A DNA stretch of 64,000 nucleotides from an uncultured Verrucomicrobiae bacterium (GCA_963788655.1 CAWBHS010000076.1:128001-192000), one strand, 5' to 3'; positions 19,400 to 30,764 are shown, counted from the stretch's first letter. Made by a program: numbers and translations. Notes: generated by a model from the sequence alone, not told the origin.

Positions 19400-20539
19400 T
19401 CATGCCGCTTCTTTTCGGGCGAATGATGCCAGCGCGTCCTGCCAATTTCCGGCAAAACGCCAGCTTTGCGTTTCGGCGAAATTCACACACTCCGCGGTAA
19501 CGCCTTCCGAGCCGACCAAGGCGTAGCGCAAGCCGAGATCGCCGCAAAGCTTCACAATCCGGCTGCACAACTTGATGAGGACCGCGTCCGCCGTGCGCAA
19601 TTGGCTGAGGTCCACCACAACCTTGTCGCTGCCGGCATCCACGCTGGCGTTGATTTTCGGCTGCAGTTGTTTCTCAACTTCCTCGGCCACGTTCGCGTTG
19701 AATTCGGTGGGCAGCGTAATGGCCAGGGCGCCGTCGCGCGCGGCAAAGTATTTGCCCGAGGTGTCCAGGTTGAGCGCCTTGACCACCTTGGCGTGAACGT
19801 CCTGCGGATCGATGGGTTTGGTGATTATGCCCGCGAAGCCCAAATGCAAGGCCCGCTCCTGTTCCGGCAGCGCCGTCTTCACGCTGATGCCCAGGATGGG
19901 CACCTGGCGCGCCTGCGCCCCAGGCCGCAAGGCATCAAACAAAGCGAACGCCGCGCCGTCGGGCAGCGAGAGGCTGATCAACACCGCGTCCGGCAAACGC
20001 GTGTTGAAGAAATCCGTGGCGGCTTTGGGTTGGGCCTGACCTTCGATTTTCCAGGAGGTCGCGCCGAGGGCGGACTTGATCTGGTCCACGATGGCCGGTT
20101 TGTCGTCCACCACGAGAATTTTGAGCGCCTCGGTGTATTGCTTCTTGCGGCTGGGATCAACGGCCTTGGGCGGGAGTGAGATGACGCGGCTGACGCGTTC
20201 GATCACCAGGTCTTCCTTGAAGGGTTTCACCAGGTAATCGCGCACGCCCAGCTTGGCAATGCGCAACACGTTTTCCTTGCCCGCCTCGGCAGTCAGCATG
20301 ATCACCGGAATGTTCTTCAAGTCGGCCGATTCCTTGAGTTTGGTCAGCGTCTCGTAGCCGTCCATAATCGGCATGGTGATGTCCAGGATGATGAGGTCCG
20401 GTTTCTCCCGGGCGGCCACGTCGAGGCCCTCCTGGCCATTGGCGGCTTCCAGGATTTGCAGGTCGAACAATTTGAACGCGCGCGCGACGATCATGCGGAT
20501 CGTCTTGCTGTCATCAATGGTTAACAATTTCTTGGGCAT
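19400..20539 (-). CDS. Response regulator with tandem REC domains and a STAS-like C-terminus
   Basis: REC1 TIDDS..LDITMP..KPF; REC2 VVDDK..LISLSLP..KPI; C-terminal KVVVDLSQLRTAD. Confidence 0.8.
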   Translation of the reverse strand: MPKKLLTIDDSKTIRMIVARAFKLFDLQILEAANGQEGLDVAAREKPDLIILDITMPIMDGYETLTKLKESADLKNIPVIMLTAEAGKENVLRIAKLGVRDYLVKPFKEDLVIERVSRVISLPPKAVDPSRKKQYTEALKILVVDDKPAIVDQIKSALGATSWKIEGQAQPKAATDFFNTRLPDAVLISLSLPDGAAFALFDALRPGAQARQVPILGISVKTALPEQERALHLGFAGIITKPIDPQDVHAKVVKALNLDTSGKYFAARDGALAITLPTEFNANVAEEVEKQLQPKINASVDAGSDKVVVDLSQLRTADAVLIKLCSRIVKLCGDLGLRYALVGSEGVTAECVNFAETQSWRFAGNWQDALASFARKEAA

Positions 20540-20559
20540 AAGACTTCGGGGACGGACGG

Positions 20560-21054
20560 TTACTCCGAGGGTTTGACCAGGATTTCGACCATGATCGAAT
20601 GCTCCTGGGCGCGGAAGCCAACTTTTCGGTTTTGAGTGCTGGTGACCGGTTCCACGCAAAAATTCTGGCCGCGGAGAATGGAGGGAATGGTCAGCACGCA
20701 TTTGCGGCCGCGGTCGCACAGCCGGGATTTGATCTGGCCGACGATCATGTTGGCCATTTCGCCCATCGTGTCGTTGACCATTTCATGGCCTTCGATTTCC
20801 GGCTCCGGCATGTCGAGCATCCGGCTGGTGATCTGGAGCGCGAGCTTTTCCGTCACGTAAATGTAAACCACGCCGGTGACCTCCCCGATGAAGCCGACCG
20901 AGGCCGCCACCAACCGTTCATCGGCGGCGAAGGCCACGGGCGGCTGGGATACGATGGGCATCGCCAACATGGTATCAAACGTCTGGGGCATGGCTTCGGT
21001 GAGCAATTGCTCCAGTTCGTCAATCATTGCGAATTCAGTTGTTGTTTGACTCAT
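20560..21054 (-). CDS. cheX: CheX-family phosphatase
   Basis: ASVGFIG, DTMGEMANMIVG, LTIPSILRG. Confidence 0.9.
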   Translation of the reverse strand: MSQTTTEFAMIDELEQLLTEAMPQTFDTMLAMPIVSQPPVAFAADERLVAASVGFIGEVTGVVYIYVTEKLALQITSRMLDMPEPEIEGHEMVNDTMGEMANMIVGQIKSRLCDRGRKCVLTIPSILRGQNFCVEPVTSTQNRKVGFRAQEHSIMVEILVKPSE

Positions 21055-21230
21055 AAAAGGGAAGGGAAGAAGAAATCCAAAGGCCGAAGGGCCAGACTCC
21101 ACCAACGGGCAGCCGGAGCGAAACGGCTCCCGGGGGCGCTATTCGGATTGCTCTGCCTCTGCATGTGCGTTTTGAAATTCGTTCGGATTTCGGATTTCCC
21201 AACGGCTTCCGCCGCCAGGTTCGGTTGCAC

Positions 21231-21247
21231 AGCAAAAACATGACCAA
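21231..21247 (-). promoter_or_regulatory. Putative sigma54 -24/-12 promoter
   Basis: TTGGTCATGTTTTTGCT (GG-N10-GC) on the minus strand upstream of cheX. Confidence 0.5.
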
Positions 21248-21291
21248 GCCTTCAGGCTCTGGAATTCTGGGGTTGCAAATATTATTGCGCT

Positions 21292-21885
21292 TCATCGGAC
21301 TTCGCGGGCCAGCAGCGTGGCGATTTGTTCCGGCGGCAATTCATAATCCACGCACCCCAGTTTCACCGCGGCGGCGGGCATGCCGTACACCGCGCAGGTC
21401 GCCTTGTTCTGGGCAATCGTCAATCCGCCCAACTGCTTGATATGGGCCAGGCCGGCCGCGCCGTCCTTGCCCATGCCGGTCAGTAACACGCCGATCAACT
21501 TTTGCCCGGGCGCCGGTGGCCGCAGCGATTGCATCGTCACGTCGATGGCGGGACAAACATAATTAACCTGCGGACCGGCGTGCAGGCGCACCGAGCAGTT
21601 CTGCACCAGCGTGCAGTGGACCTCGCTGGGCGCCAGTAATACTTGTCCGGGCGCCAGTTCATCGCGGTCTCCGGCCAAACGCACCTCCGCGGCCGTGTGT
21701 TGACTCAGGCTACGGGTTACGGAAGCGTTAATGAATTTGGGCATGTGCTGAATGATGAGCACGCTGGCCGATGCCAGGGGCAGACCCTCCAGCAGATGCG
21801 GCACAACGCGCGTACCGCCCGTCGAAGCCCCGATCACAATCAGGCATCGCGGCGCTCGCGCTCCGTTGGCTCCGCTCAAGCTCAT
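21292..21885 (-). CDS. Stand-alone CheB methylesterase domain (no receiver)
   Basis: GASTGG, IQHMP, PAIDV, LTGMGKDG, VYGMP in 197 aa. Confidence 0.88.
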   Translation of the reverse strand: MSLSGANGARAPRCLIVIGASTGGTRVVPHLLEGLPLASASVLIIQHMPKFINASVTRSLSQHTAAEVRLAGDRDELAPGQVLLAPSEVHCTLVQNCSVRLHAGPQVNYVCPAIDVTMQSLRPPAPGQKLIGVLLTGMGKDGAAGLAHIKQLGGLTIAQNKATCAVYGMPAAAVKLGCVDYELPPEQIATLLAREVR

Positions 21886-22259
21886 GCCGCCAGGTAACTT
21901 GAGGCATGCTGGACGAATTCCAGCAGATTGTTCCCATCAAATGGCTTGGGCAGGTAATCGAACACGTGCTCCTGCACGTCCTCCCCCTCGGCGCCGGGTT
22001 CGGCTTTGGCCGTGAGCATGCAGATCAGATTCTGTCCCAGCAATTGTTCCTCGGCCAGGGCGCGAATGGTTTCCCAGCCGTTCAAGCCCGGCATCATAAT
22101 GTCCATCAAGATGACCCCCTGGAACCCCTGGCGCAACGTGTCCAAACAGACCGTGCCACTGGGCGCCTTGATCACTTCGAACCCGTAGTAACTCAGCAAC
22201 AGCGAGACGGTTTCCAAAATGGTCGGATCGTCATCAACAATTAGAACGTGTTTCCTCAT
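21882..22259 (-). CDS. Single-domain response regulator
   Basis: IVDDD, MDIMMP, LTA, KPF. Confidence 0.88.
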   Translation of the reverse strand: MRKHVLIVDDDPTILETVSLLLSYYGFEVIKAPSGTVCLDTLRQGFQGVILMDIMMPGLNGWETIRALAEEQLLGQNLICMLTAKAEPGAEGEDVQEHVFDYLPKPFDGNNLLEFVQHASSYLAA

Positions 22260-23928
22260 GGATTTTCTTGGTGTCGCCGGTGTTCGCCGCCGGCAGCGCA
22301 AAATTGATCAACGTGCCTTTTTGAGCCCCGCCGCTTTCCGCCCAGATTCGGCCGCCGTGCCGTTCCACGATGGCGCGCGTGATGGCCAATCCCAGGCCGG
22401 GCGCGCTGCGGTCGTGGCGCGACGCATCGGCTTTGTAAAACGGATCGAAGGCGCGCAGCAAATGCGGCGCCTCCATGCCCTGGCCATTGTCGGCCACCGT
22501 CACCACGACCTGGCGGCCCTGCAACTCGGCCCGCACGGCAATGTGGCCGTCCGGCGCGGTAAATTTCACCGCATTGTCCAGCACATGCTCGAACGCCTGC
22601 AGCAGCAGGGATTCGTCCACTTGCGCGACCAGGCTTTCCGACACTTCGTTGGTTATGATGCGGCCCATCAGTGATTCTTCGGGGTGATTTGCCGCCAGCG
22701 CCATGTCCACCAGATGGCGCAACGGCCGGGTGGTCAGGTTAAGCGTCCGGTCGGGCGCCGTCACCCGACATAACTCGAGCATTCGCCGCAAGGTCACGTG
22801 AATGCTGCGGGCACCGTCCAGAGCCAGGTTCAACATTTGCTTCCGGTGGGCGTCCGACTCGTGCGCCAGGAGCAACGGCAACAGCGACAACAGCGGGGAC
22901 AAGGGGGTCTTCAAGTCATGCCCGAGCTGGTCAATCAACAGTTGCTTGTCCATCAGCAGACGTTCGACCTCCCGCGTGCGTTCCTGAACGCGCGCTTCGA
23001 GTTGCTGGTTCAACTGGCCCAGTTCGGCCCGCGCGGCTTCCAATTCGTGGTTGCGGCAGCGCAACGTAAACTCCATTCGCTTGCGCTCAGTAATGTCTTC
23101 CTTGATGGCGACAAAGTGGGTGATCTGCCCCTCGTCATTCCGAATCGGCGCAATCGAGGCCGACTCCCAATACAGCGTGCCATCCTTGCGTTTGTTGTGG
23201 AATTCCCCCCGCCATTGATTGCCCGACTGAATGGTCTCCCAGAGTTGCCGATACCCTTCGGTTGGCATTTCGCCGGACTTGAGCACGCGTGGGTTTTGCC
23301 CCATGACTTCTGCGGGCGTATAGCCAGTGGCGGCGGTGAAATGCGGGTTCACGTATTCAATCCGACCCTGCGTGTCGGTGATCAGTACCGTGCTGTTGGA
23401 ATGTTCGATGGCAAAGTATAGCGTTCGCAATCGCTCTTCAGCCTGCTTGCGCGCGTTGATGTCAGAAAAGGTGCCAATGATTTGGCGCGGCTGGCCCTCA
23501 GTGGTCCGTTCCACCACTTTGCCCCGCGCGAGAAACCAGCGGTAGTTCCCGTCCTTGCAGCGAATGCGATGTTCGTTTTCATAAACCTCCGTTTCGCCGC
23601 GGAGATGACGTTCGAGCAGATCGTAACTGCGCGCTTTATCGTCCGGATGAACCCGCTGGTCCCATTCCTCAAGCGTGTCGCCAATTTCCTGCTCGTCGTA
23701 GCCCAGCAGGGCCAAACCCTGCCGCGAATAGGACGCGCGGTTCGTGGGCACGTCCCAGGTCCAAACCCCGTCCTTGGCGCCTTCCAGCGCAAACTGCCAC
23801 CAGACCTTGCTGGCCGGCCAATCCCCGTGATCGCCCCGCGGCCCTCCGGCGGGCCGTCCCCCGTTCGGCGCCGCATCCGCTTGCCGCTTGGCCCGACGAG
23901 GTTGACGTTTCTGCGCGTGGTTGGCCAT
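22234..23928 (-). CDS. Cytoplasmic PAS-PAS histidine kinase
   Basis: Two PAS/PAC domains, H-box GHDLKTPL, NAVKFT, DNGQG, GLGLAI. Confidence 0.92.
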   Translation of the reverse strand: MANHAQKRQPRRAKRQADAAPNGGRPAGGPRGDHGDWPASKVWWQFALEGAKDGVWTWDVPTNRASYSRQGLALLGYDEQEIGDTLEEWDQRVHPDDKARSYDLLERHLRGETEVYENEHRIRCKDGNYRWFLARGKVVERTTEGQPRQIIGTFSDINARKQAEERLRTLYFAIEHSNSTVLITDTQGRIEYVNPHFTAATGYTPAEVMGQNPRVLKSGEMPTEGYRQLWETIQSGNQWRGEFHNKRKDGTLYWESASIAPIRNDEGQITHFVAIKEDITERKRMEFTLRCRNHELEAARAELGQLNQQLEARVQERTREVERLLMDKQLLIDQLGHDLKTPLSPLLSLLPLLLAHESDAHRKQMLNLALDGARSIHVTLRRMLELCRVTAPDRTLNLTTRPLRHLVDMALAANHPEESLMGRIITNEVSESLVAQVDESLLLQAFEHVLDNAVKFTAPDGHIAVRAELQGRQVVVTVADNGQGMEAPHLLRAFDPFYKADASRHDRSAPGLGLAITRAIVERHGGRIWAESGGAQKGTLINFALPAANTGDTKKIHEETRSNC

Positions 23929-23958
23929 AAGGGTGGACTACTGTGATTGCTTCAAGGT

Positions 23959-25653
23959 TCAAGCCGCTTTCGCTGAAGGCTGCCGGGCCTGGGCACACCG
24001 GCCGGGACAATCCTTCAACTCGGTGTCCACCCCGCAAATGTGATTCACCAACCAGTCGGACACCATGCGTTTCAATTCGAGCAACAGGTGTGTGCTTTGG
24101 CTTTGCTGTTTATACGCGGTCAGCATACGGGTGAATTCCTGGAGGAAGTTCTGATGGGCCATTTTGTTTTTGGCGCGGGCTGGGCACTGGTGTTCTTCCA
24201 TGATGCCCTCTTCGTGTTTGAAATGCGTCTGCGCGTATTCCGCCAGGAAATCCACCATGCCCCCCAATTCTTCCTTGCCCTTGCCCAACGCGCAGGCCGA
24301 GTGCAGGCGATTGAGCATGCGGATCAATTCCTGGTGTTGCGCATCCACCGACGCCACCCCGGTGCTCATGCGCTCGGAATCCCAGCGAATAAAATCAGCT
24401 TCGTCTTGGCTGACTTGGCCAGGCGCTTCCGTCGGCGGTGGAGGCATGGGCAGGTAATCGTTGGTCGTCGAAGTTGCCGGCGATGGCGCCGCCACAGTGG
24501 ACGGCGGCAGAACTGCGGGCGGCCGACCCGGCCGGTGGAAGATTCCAGCGGCCGACCTCTCGAAATTGGCGGCGCCGGGCTCCGCAACCGTGCCGCCAGG
24601 GTTGGTGGCCACGTCACCGATCAACTGGGCCAGTTCGCCGACGGCGGTTTCCAGGGCCGACGCTTGCACATTAAGTTCATCGGCCGCCACGGCGCTTTCT
24701 TCGGCGCCCGCGGCATTGGCCTGGGTGGTCTTGTCAATCTCGGTGACGGCCACATTGATTTGCCGCACGCCGGTGCTTTGTTCCTGCGCGGCGGCGGCCA
24801 TTTGGGCGGCCAGTTCGTCCAATTGCTGCACCTTGCTCACAATGACCTGCAGGTTGGCTTGCACGCTGCGGCCCTGGGCATCGACGGTTGCCAAACTTTG
24901 CGCGATGGACTCGCTCACCTGCGTTCCCTGCCGGCTTTGTTGGACCGAGGCTTCGATTTTATCGGAAGTTTCCCGGGCGGCGTCAGCGCTGCGTTGCGCC
25001 AGGTTGCGCACTTCATCCGCCACGACCGCAAAACCTAGTCCGGCTTCGCCCGCGCGCGCGGCTTCCACGGCGGCGTTGAGCGCGAGGATGTTGGTTTGAA
25101 ACGCAATCTCGTCGATGGTCTTGACGATCTTGGCCACTTCATCGCCGGCGTGGCAAATCCCTTCCATCGCGGCGCGCAATTCCTGGCCACGGGTTTTGAT
25201 GACTCCCACCGCCTCGGCCAACGCCGCCATGCTGGCGTCGCCGGTGGTCGCGGTCTGCCGGGCTTGCTGGCCGAGTTCCTTCACCGCCTGGGCGTGTTCG
25301 GCGGTGCGCGCGGACATGCTCGAAAGTTCCTCGATCGACGAACTGGTTTCCTCGAGTGACGACGCCTGTTCGCTGGTGCGTTGGGCCAGGGCCATGCCGG
25401 AGGTGGCCATCTGGCCACAAGTCTGCGAAATGTGCAGCGACGCTTCAGAAAGCCGATCCGCCAGCGATTTCAGAGGCCGGCCGAGCCCCGGGGCGAGCCG
25501 CCAAAAAATGTAGCCGGCCAACGCCAGGTTCAATCCGATGACCACCCATTGAATGGCTTGCGCCCCCCAATAAAGGGAAGCCGCGTTGGCCAGGGTCAGC
25601 AGGAACAGACCGATCGCGGTGCGGCGCAGGTTGGTTTGAAAGGATAGATTCAC
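23959..25653 (-). CDS. Methyl-accepting chemotaxis protein with C-terminal bacteriohemerythrin domain
   Basis: Two N-terminal TM segments, MCP tip, Pro linker, [34 protein letters not shown] start. Confidence 0.92.
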   Translation of the reverse strand: MNLSFQTNLRRTAIGLFLLTLANAASLYWGAQAIQWVVIGLNLALAGYIFWRLAPGLGRPLKSLADRLSEASLHISQTCGQMATSGMALAQRTSEQASSLEETSSSIEELSSMSARTAEHAQAVKELGQQARQTATTGDASMAALAEAVGVIKTRGQELRAAMEGICHAGDEVAKIVKTIDEIAFQTNILALNAAVEAARAGEAGLGFAVVADEVRNLAQRSADAARETSDKIEASVQQSRQGTQVSESIAQSLATVDAQGRSVQANLQVIVSKVQQLDELAAQMAAAAQEQSTGVRQINVAVTEIDKTTQANAAGAEESAVAADELNVQASALETAVGELAQLIGDVATNPGGTVAEPGAANFERSAAGIFHRPGRPPAVLPPSTVAAPSPATSTTNDYLPMPPPPTEAPGQVSQDEADFIRWDSERMSTGVASVDAQHQELIRMLNRLHSACALGKGKEELGGMVDFLAEYAQTHFKHEEGIMEEHQCPARAKNKMAHQNFLQEFTRMLTAYKQQSQSTHLLLELKRMVSDWLVNHICGVDTELKDCPGRCAQARQPSAKAA

Positions 25654-25656
25654 AGC

Positions 25657-25881
25657 TTAAGCATTTTGAGAATTCCCGTTCCTCGTGCGGTCACTGCCGT
25701 TGAACACGGCGTTGAACGTGCGCGGTCTCCGAAGGGCGGCACCTGCGATCATTTGCTCGAAGCCGCGGTATATTTCGCCGGAGACAACCCCCCGGCTCAC
25801 GGGATCGGCAGCAATCTCGACGTTGACGGCCAGGCGGCCCTCGATACGGGTCACCGGATTCAAAGTGATTTTTGCGCTCAT
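25657..25881 (-). pseudogene. N-terminal fragment of a [NiFe]-hydrogenase large subunit
   Basis: ITLNPVTRIEGRLAVNVE..SGEIYRGFEQMIAG matches the PVTRIEGH..RGFE start; ends before the RxCGxC motif. Confidence 0.75.
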
Positions 25882-26115
25882 GCAACGGCGCTCGCTATTC
25901 GTACATCTATTGCGTGGGCGCTTCGGGATATGTCATTCGAAGCCGATAGCGCGCTTGAACGGATCAAGTTGCGCCGGAACCACGACACCACTGAGGCCAA
26001 ATGCGGAGCAAACTGCCGGCCAAATCCGCCCGGAGGAGTGTTATTGATGAGACAGCGCAATGGGCTGGGCATCGACGCAGCGCAGATTGCTAATCTGCTG
26101 CCGCTGCCGGGCTTC

Positions 26116-26261
26116 GGGGAGCGCGCCCGCCCCGGGCGCGGGGGTTGGCGCCTCGCCAACCACGTTCGAGGATCCCAGGGATTCACTATTCAGTGACTGC
26201 TCAGTTGCGGGGCCAACCGGCGAGGCGCCGGTTGGCAGCGCCCGAGGCGGGCGCGCTCCCC
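26116..26261. repeat. REP/MITE-like palindromic element, family A
   Basis: Terminal inverted repeats GGGGAGCGCGCCCGCCCCGGGCGC / GCGCCCGAGGCGGGCGCGCTCCCC; related copies at 36213 and 57887. Confidence 0.8.
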
Positions 26262-26396
26262 AAACCCAAATGCATAAATGCATAGATCCGGCTTGGGATA
26301 TCGAACGCGCTTCCACGCCGACCCAACGGGCCAAAGACGCCGAAAAATCAGGGCGGCGCGGCAGCGCCGCGCTACCACCAATTGGATTAAACCGAC

Positions 26397-28646
26397 TTAA
26401 AAATCCTTGAAATCCGCGTCCATCGGGATGTCGCCTCCCTTGAATACGCCCGGAACGACAATCGGTGAACGGTTGCTGCGTCCGTTACTGCCGGCCGACC
26501 GTTTGGCCGGCAGGGAGGGCTTGGTTTTCAAGGGACGGTGCCCGGTTGCGGCAGATTTGGTCTGAGCCGTTGTCGCCAAGCCGGAAGTTGAGGGGCGCTC
26601 GCCCTGCACCATCTGGGTCAGTTCCGCCGCGACCTGATGCACCGCGTCTGCCTGGGCCACCAATTCCTGGGCGGCACTGGAGCTTTCCTCGGCGATGGCA
26701 GCGTTGCTTTGGCTGACTTGGTCCAACTGGCTCACCGCCGTTTGAATGTGCGTGGTGCCCTGGTTTTGTTCCTTCGAGGCCAGCGCAATTTGGGCCATCA
26801 CCTTCTCGAGCGTATTGATCCGGCTGACGATGTCCTGGAACCCGCTCTCCACTTTGTGCGCCGTGGCTTCAACGGCGGTCAGGCTTTGGGCCACTTTCTC
26901 GCTCACGCCGACACTCCGGCGGCTGCGTTGCAGAGAGGTCTGAATTTTTTGGGCGGTGTCCTGGGCCGCGGCGGCGCAGCGCTGGGCCAGGTGGCGCACT
27001 TCATCAGCCACGACGGCAAAGCCCATGCCGGCCTCGCCCGCGCGCGCCGCTTCCACCGCGGCATTCAAGGCGAGCAAATTAGTTTGAAAAGCAATCTCGT
27101 CGATGGTCTTCAAGATCTTCCCGACTTCCTGGCTGGAGCCGTGCATTTCTTGCACGACCGTAGCCATCTCCGCCACGGCCCCCTTGATGCCCTCGACGGT
27201 TTGGCCCAGTTCGCGCAAGCGCTCCAGGCCGGTGGCGGCGGCCAGGTGCGATTGCTGACTGAGGTCCTGGCCCTGGGTAGTATGTTCGGAGTTGCGTTGC
27301 GTCCTGGTCGCCATTTCCTCGAGGGAGGCACTGGTTTCTTCGAGAGACGCCGCCTGTTCACTGGCCGCTTCCGCCAGTTTTTGACTGGCCGCCGAAAGCT
27401 GGCCGGCTGAGCCGGCGACCTGATCGGAGGAATTCCCCAGTCGTTTGACAATGGCTTGGATCGGACCTGCCAGGGATAATGACACCCGATAACTGACCAG
27501 CAACACCACGAGGGCTACGCCGATGGCGCCCGCCAAAATCCACCACATCATGTGCGCCATGGCCGCGGAGACCTTGTCCACCACCGCGGATGTTTCGTCC
27601 TCATAGGCGCTCACGCCAACCACCCAGTCCCACGGCGCGTAATACGTCACGGCGGCCAGCTTGCGGCGCCCGGTGTCTTCCCCGGGATTTTTCCACGGAT
27701 ACGATTCCAACAGCACCGAACCGTCCGTCCGCCGCACCGCTTGCTCCACGATGGATTGGATGACGTAGCGGCCATCGGCGTCTTTGGCCTGCCAGATGTC
27801 TTCGCCATCGCGCTTCCCGTCCTTCGAAATCAGGTAATGGCCGCGCTGCTCGCCGTGGCCGCCGAGCACAAAAACATACCCCGTCTTGCCGACCACCAGC
27901 TTGAGCATGGTGCGGCGCACCGTGCGGGTGAGATCGCTCTGCTTGACGCCGACGTACAGCATGCCCATGACGTTGCGGTGTGCCGCGTCCCAGACCGGTT
28001 CATAGACGGTCTCGTGCCATTCGTTCACGACGAAGGCACGTCCGCGATACGTTTCCCCGCGCAATACGGCGCTCACCACCGGGTTGGGGTTGCCGTCCGG
28101 ATTCTTGGCCGGGATGTAAGTGCCGATGGCGCGCCGGCCGTCGGTTTCGAGCACGGTCGTCGCCACGCGCAGCATGTCGCCGCCGGCGTTCATCCGCTGA
28201 AAGACGGTGCAGTGATCGCGCGTCAGGCGTTGGACGTCATCGACCAGCAGCGAGGATTGGTTGGTGGTCAGGTTCTGCCCGAACCATTGATTGCCCAACT
28301 GGAATCGGGGCAACTTGACGGAAGTGCTTTGTTTGGTGAACTGGTTGACAGCCTGCCAGGTGGCGGTTTCGGTCGCCAAGGTGAGGAACCCCTTGGCGTC
28401 AAACAATTCGCGAGCCACGGCCGCACTGTGGACAATGCGGTTTTGGTTCCGTTCATCTGTCGCGGAGCAAAGTTGGTAAAGCGTCTGCGCGGTCTGCTTG
28501 ACGGTTGCCACACTTTCCTGCTGCACGAGCGCGCGCAGTTGGGGTTCGGTGGTGTGCTTTTGATACCAGGTGACCACCGTCAAAGTGGCGGCACTGATTA
28601 AGGCCAGGCCGCTTCCCAACAGACTAATTTTGGTGCTGATTTTCAT
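26397..28646 (-). CDS. Methyl-accepting chemotaxis protein, Cache3/Cache2-fusion-type sensor
   Basis: [48 protein letters not shown] tip; ends DFKDF. Confidence 0.92.
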   Translation of the reverse strand: MKISTKISLLGSGLALISAATLTVVTWYQKHTTEPQLRALVQQESVATVKQTAQTLYQLCSATDERNQNRIVHSAAVARELFDAKGFLTLATETATWQAVNQFTKQSTSVKLPRFQLGNQWFGQNLTTNQSSLLVDDVQRLTRDHCTVFQRMNAGGDMLRVATTVLETDGRRAIGTYIPAKNPDGNPNPVVSAVLRGETYRGRAFVVNEWHETVYEPVWDAAHRNVMGMLYVGVKQSDLTRTVRRTMLKLVVGKTGYVFVLGGHGEQRGHYLISKDGKRDGEDIWQAKDADGRYVIQSIVEQAVRRTDGSVLLESYPWKNPGEDTGRRKLAAVTYYAPWDWVVGVSAYEDETSAVVDKVSAAMAHMMWWILAGAIGVALVVLLVSYRVSLSLAGPIQAIVKRLGNSSDQVAGSAGQLSAASQKLAEAASEQAASLEETSASLEEMATRTQRNSEHTTQGQDLSQQSHLAAATGLERLRELGQTVEGIKGAVAEMATVVQEMHGSSQEVGKILKTIDEIAFQTNLLALNAAVEAARAGEAGMGFAVVADEVRHLAQRCAAAAQDTAQKIQTSLQRSRRSVGVSEKVAQSLTAVEATAHKVESGFQDIVSRINTLEKVMAQIALASKEQNQGTTHIQTAVSQLDQVSQSNAAIAEESSSAAQELVAQADAVHQVAAELTQMVQGERPSTSGLATTAQTKSAATGHRPLKTKPSLPAKRSAGSNGRSNRSPIVVPGVFKGGDIPMDADFKDF

Positions 28647-28765
28647 GGTTAAAGCATGGTCAGGGTTGTCTCCGTCGCGGGAAAGCGCTGAACGATTGCA
28701 CCCCGTCGCGACGGGTGGGAGCGTGGGACGGCCACGATCATTGCGCCGACCGCGCGCCATCACGC

Positions 28766-30586
28766 TCAGAAATCCTTAAAATCGTTTTCCAGTGGAAGGC
28801 CTTGTCCAGCAGCGGCACCAATGACGGCCAATTTTCCGCGCGATGCCGGGCCCCGGCCGTTCCCCTGGCCGTTCCCGTTGGTGGCAGGTTTCCCGCGGGC
28901 GAGGTTGACCATTGGTTGGGGCGGCAAAATCAGCGGCTCCGCCACGGCAGGAGGTGCCGGCGGGAGGACCTCAGTCGCCGCCGCGTGCTCCCCTTGCACC
29001 ATCTGCCTCAAGGAGAACGACACCTGCCGGACCATTTCGGCCTGGCTGACCAATTCATGGGCGGCGCTCGAGGTTTCTTCGGAGATGGCGGCGTTGCTTT
29101 GACTGACATGGTCCAGTTGGCTCACTGCCGTTTGGATGTGCGCGATGCCCTGGCTTTGTTCCTTGGAAGCCAACGCAATCTGCCCCAGCATGGTGTCCAG
29201 TGAATTGATGCGGGTTACAATATCCTGGAAACCGCTTTCCACCTTGTGCGCGGTGGCTTCCACGTCGCCCAGGCTTTGCACGACCTTCTCGCTGAACGCC
29301 ACCCCCTGATCGCTACGCTGAAGGGAAACCTGGATTTTGTCCGCGGTATCCTTGGCCGCGGCAGCGCTGCGTTGGGCCAGGTTGCGGACTTCGTCGGCGA
29401 CAACGGCAAAGCCCATGCCGGCCTCGCCCGCCCGCGCGGCTTCGACCGCCGCGTTCAACGCGAGCAAATTGGTCTGGAAGGCGATCTCGTCAATGGTCTT
29501 GAGAATCTTGCTGACTTCCTGGCTGGACCCGTGCATTTCGCGCACGACGGTGGTCATTTCGGCGACGGCCATTTTGATGCCGTCGAGGGTGTGGCGCATT
29601 TCCTCGAGCCGCTCCAGTCCGGCATCGGCAGCCTGACGGGAAAGTTGGCTGAGGTCCTTGCTTTGGGCGGCGTGCTCGGCGTTGCGCTGGGTCATGGTGG
29701 CCATTTCCTCAAGCGAAGCGCTGCTTTCCTCGAGGGACGCCGCCTGGGCGCCGGCGCCTTCGGCCAAAGACTGACTGGCGGAGGCAATCTCGCGCGCGGC
29801 GACCGTGGTTTGATCGCTGGTGCTTTGAATTTCGTCGATGGCTTGGGAGAGCGGCCCCAGGATCATGCGGCGGTTCAGCAGGAAGAACCCTCCGGCAATC
29901 AACATGACGCCGGGCAACACCCAAAAGATGGCCTTGAACATCCCGGCCCACACGACGGCGTCCACCGCGTTGAATTTGGCTTTCAACACAAACGCGCCGT
30001 GAGTTTCGCCGGTTTTCCAACCTTCCATGGGGCCGCCCACGAGATCCTTGCCGTCGCCCGTGGGACTGCTTTTCGGGTCGCCATGGCAGGCCAGACAATC
30101 GGCGGTCAGCACGATGGGCCGCGCATACACCAACTCTTTGTTCTTGGTGTCCACCTGGAAATATTCCTCATGCGATCCGTCCGCCAGGTACTTCAGGATT
30201 TCCGCTTCGGCCGGCGTGGGAGTGTTGCGGGGATTGCGCGGTTGGTGCTTGGGAATGCGAAAATCGAAACCTTCTTTTTCGGCGGCCCGTTGGATGGCGG
30301 TCCAGGTGGCCACAATGGGGATGGTGCTGTAGAGCGTGGAGGCTTGGAGTTCGCCGCCCTGTTGGAATTCGGCCAGCAACTTCGGCCGGTCATAAGCGCC
30401 GCGGGCAAAAAGCTCCGACGCATGCTGGCGCATTTGCTCGGCTTCGGTGATGACCAAACGCATGGTTTGGTGGGTGAGCTCAATCTCGCGACGCCGCAGG
30501 ACACTGCGGTGGACGACTTGGGTGATGATGACTGCCAGGAGCACCGCCCCCACCGCGGCAAAGATGATTTTCGTGCCCAGTTTCAT
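28766..30586 (-). CDS. Methyl-accepting chemotaxis protein with heme-c (DUF3365/Tll0287-like) sensor
   Basis: [42 protein letters not shown] tip; ends DFKDF. Confidence 0.9.
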   Translation of the reverse strand: MKLGTKIIFAAVGAVLLAVIITQVVHRSVLRRREIELTHQTMRLVITEAEQMRQHASELFARGAYDRPKLLAEFQQGGELQASTLYSTIPIVATWTAIQRAAEKEGFDFRIPKHQPRNPRNTPTPAEAEILKYLADGSHEEYFQVDTKNKELVYARPIVLTADCLACHGDPKSSPTGDGKDLVGGPMEGWKTGETHGAFVLKAKFNAVDAVVWAGMFKAIFWVLPGVMLIAGGFFLLNRRMILGPLSQAIDEIQSTSDQTTVAAREIASASQSLAEGAGAQAASLEESSASLEEMATMTQRNAEHAAQSKDLSQLSRQAADAGLERLEEMRHTLDGIKMAVAEMTTVVREMHGSSQEVSKILKTIDEIAFQTNLLALNAAVEAARAGEAGMGFAVVADEVRNLAQRSAAAAKDTADKIQVSLQRSDQGVAFSEKVVQSLGDVEATAHKVESGFQDIVTRINSLDTMLGQIALASKEQSQGIAHIQTAVSQLDHVSQSNAAISEETSSAAHELVSQAEMVRQVSFSLRQMVQGEHAAATEVLPPAPPAVAEPLILPPQPMVNLARGKPATNGNGQGNGRGPASRGKLAVIGAAAGQGLPLENDFKDF

Positions 30587-30662
30587 GCCATCAAGACAAG
30601 CGACGGCTCATCGCTCCAGCCAGCTTCCGCATTCATACCACGCATATATCAAAACCACGCTG

Positions 30663-30679
30663 AGCAAAAGGACTGCCAA
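30663..30679 (-). promoter_or_regulatory. Putative sigma54 promoter
   Basis: TTGGCAGTCCTTTTGCT (GG-N10-GC) upstream of the heme-c MCP. Confidence 0.6.
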
Positions 30680-30764
30680 AGCAACTCCGCAGCAGGAGGT
30701 TTCTCCAGGCGATTAGAGGCACTCCGGAGAGCCGAAGCCGTTGGGCGGTTTCCGTAGCGCGCGC

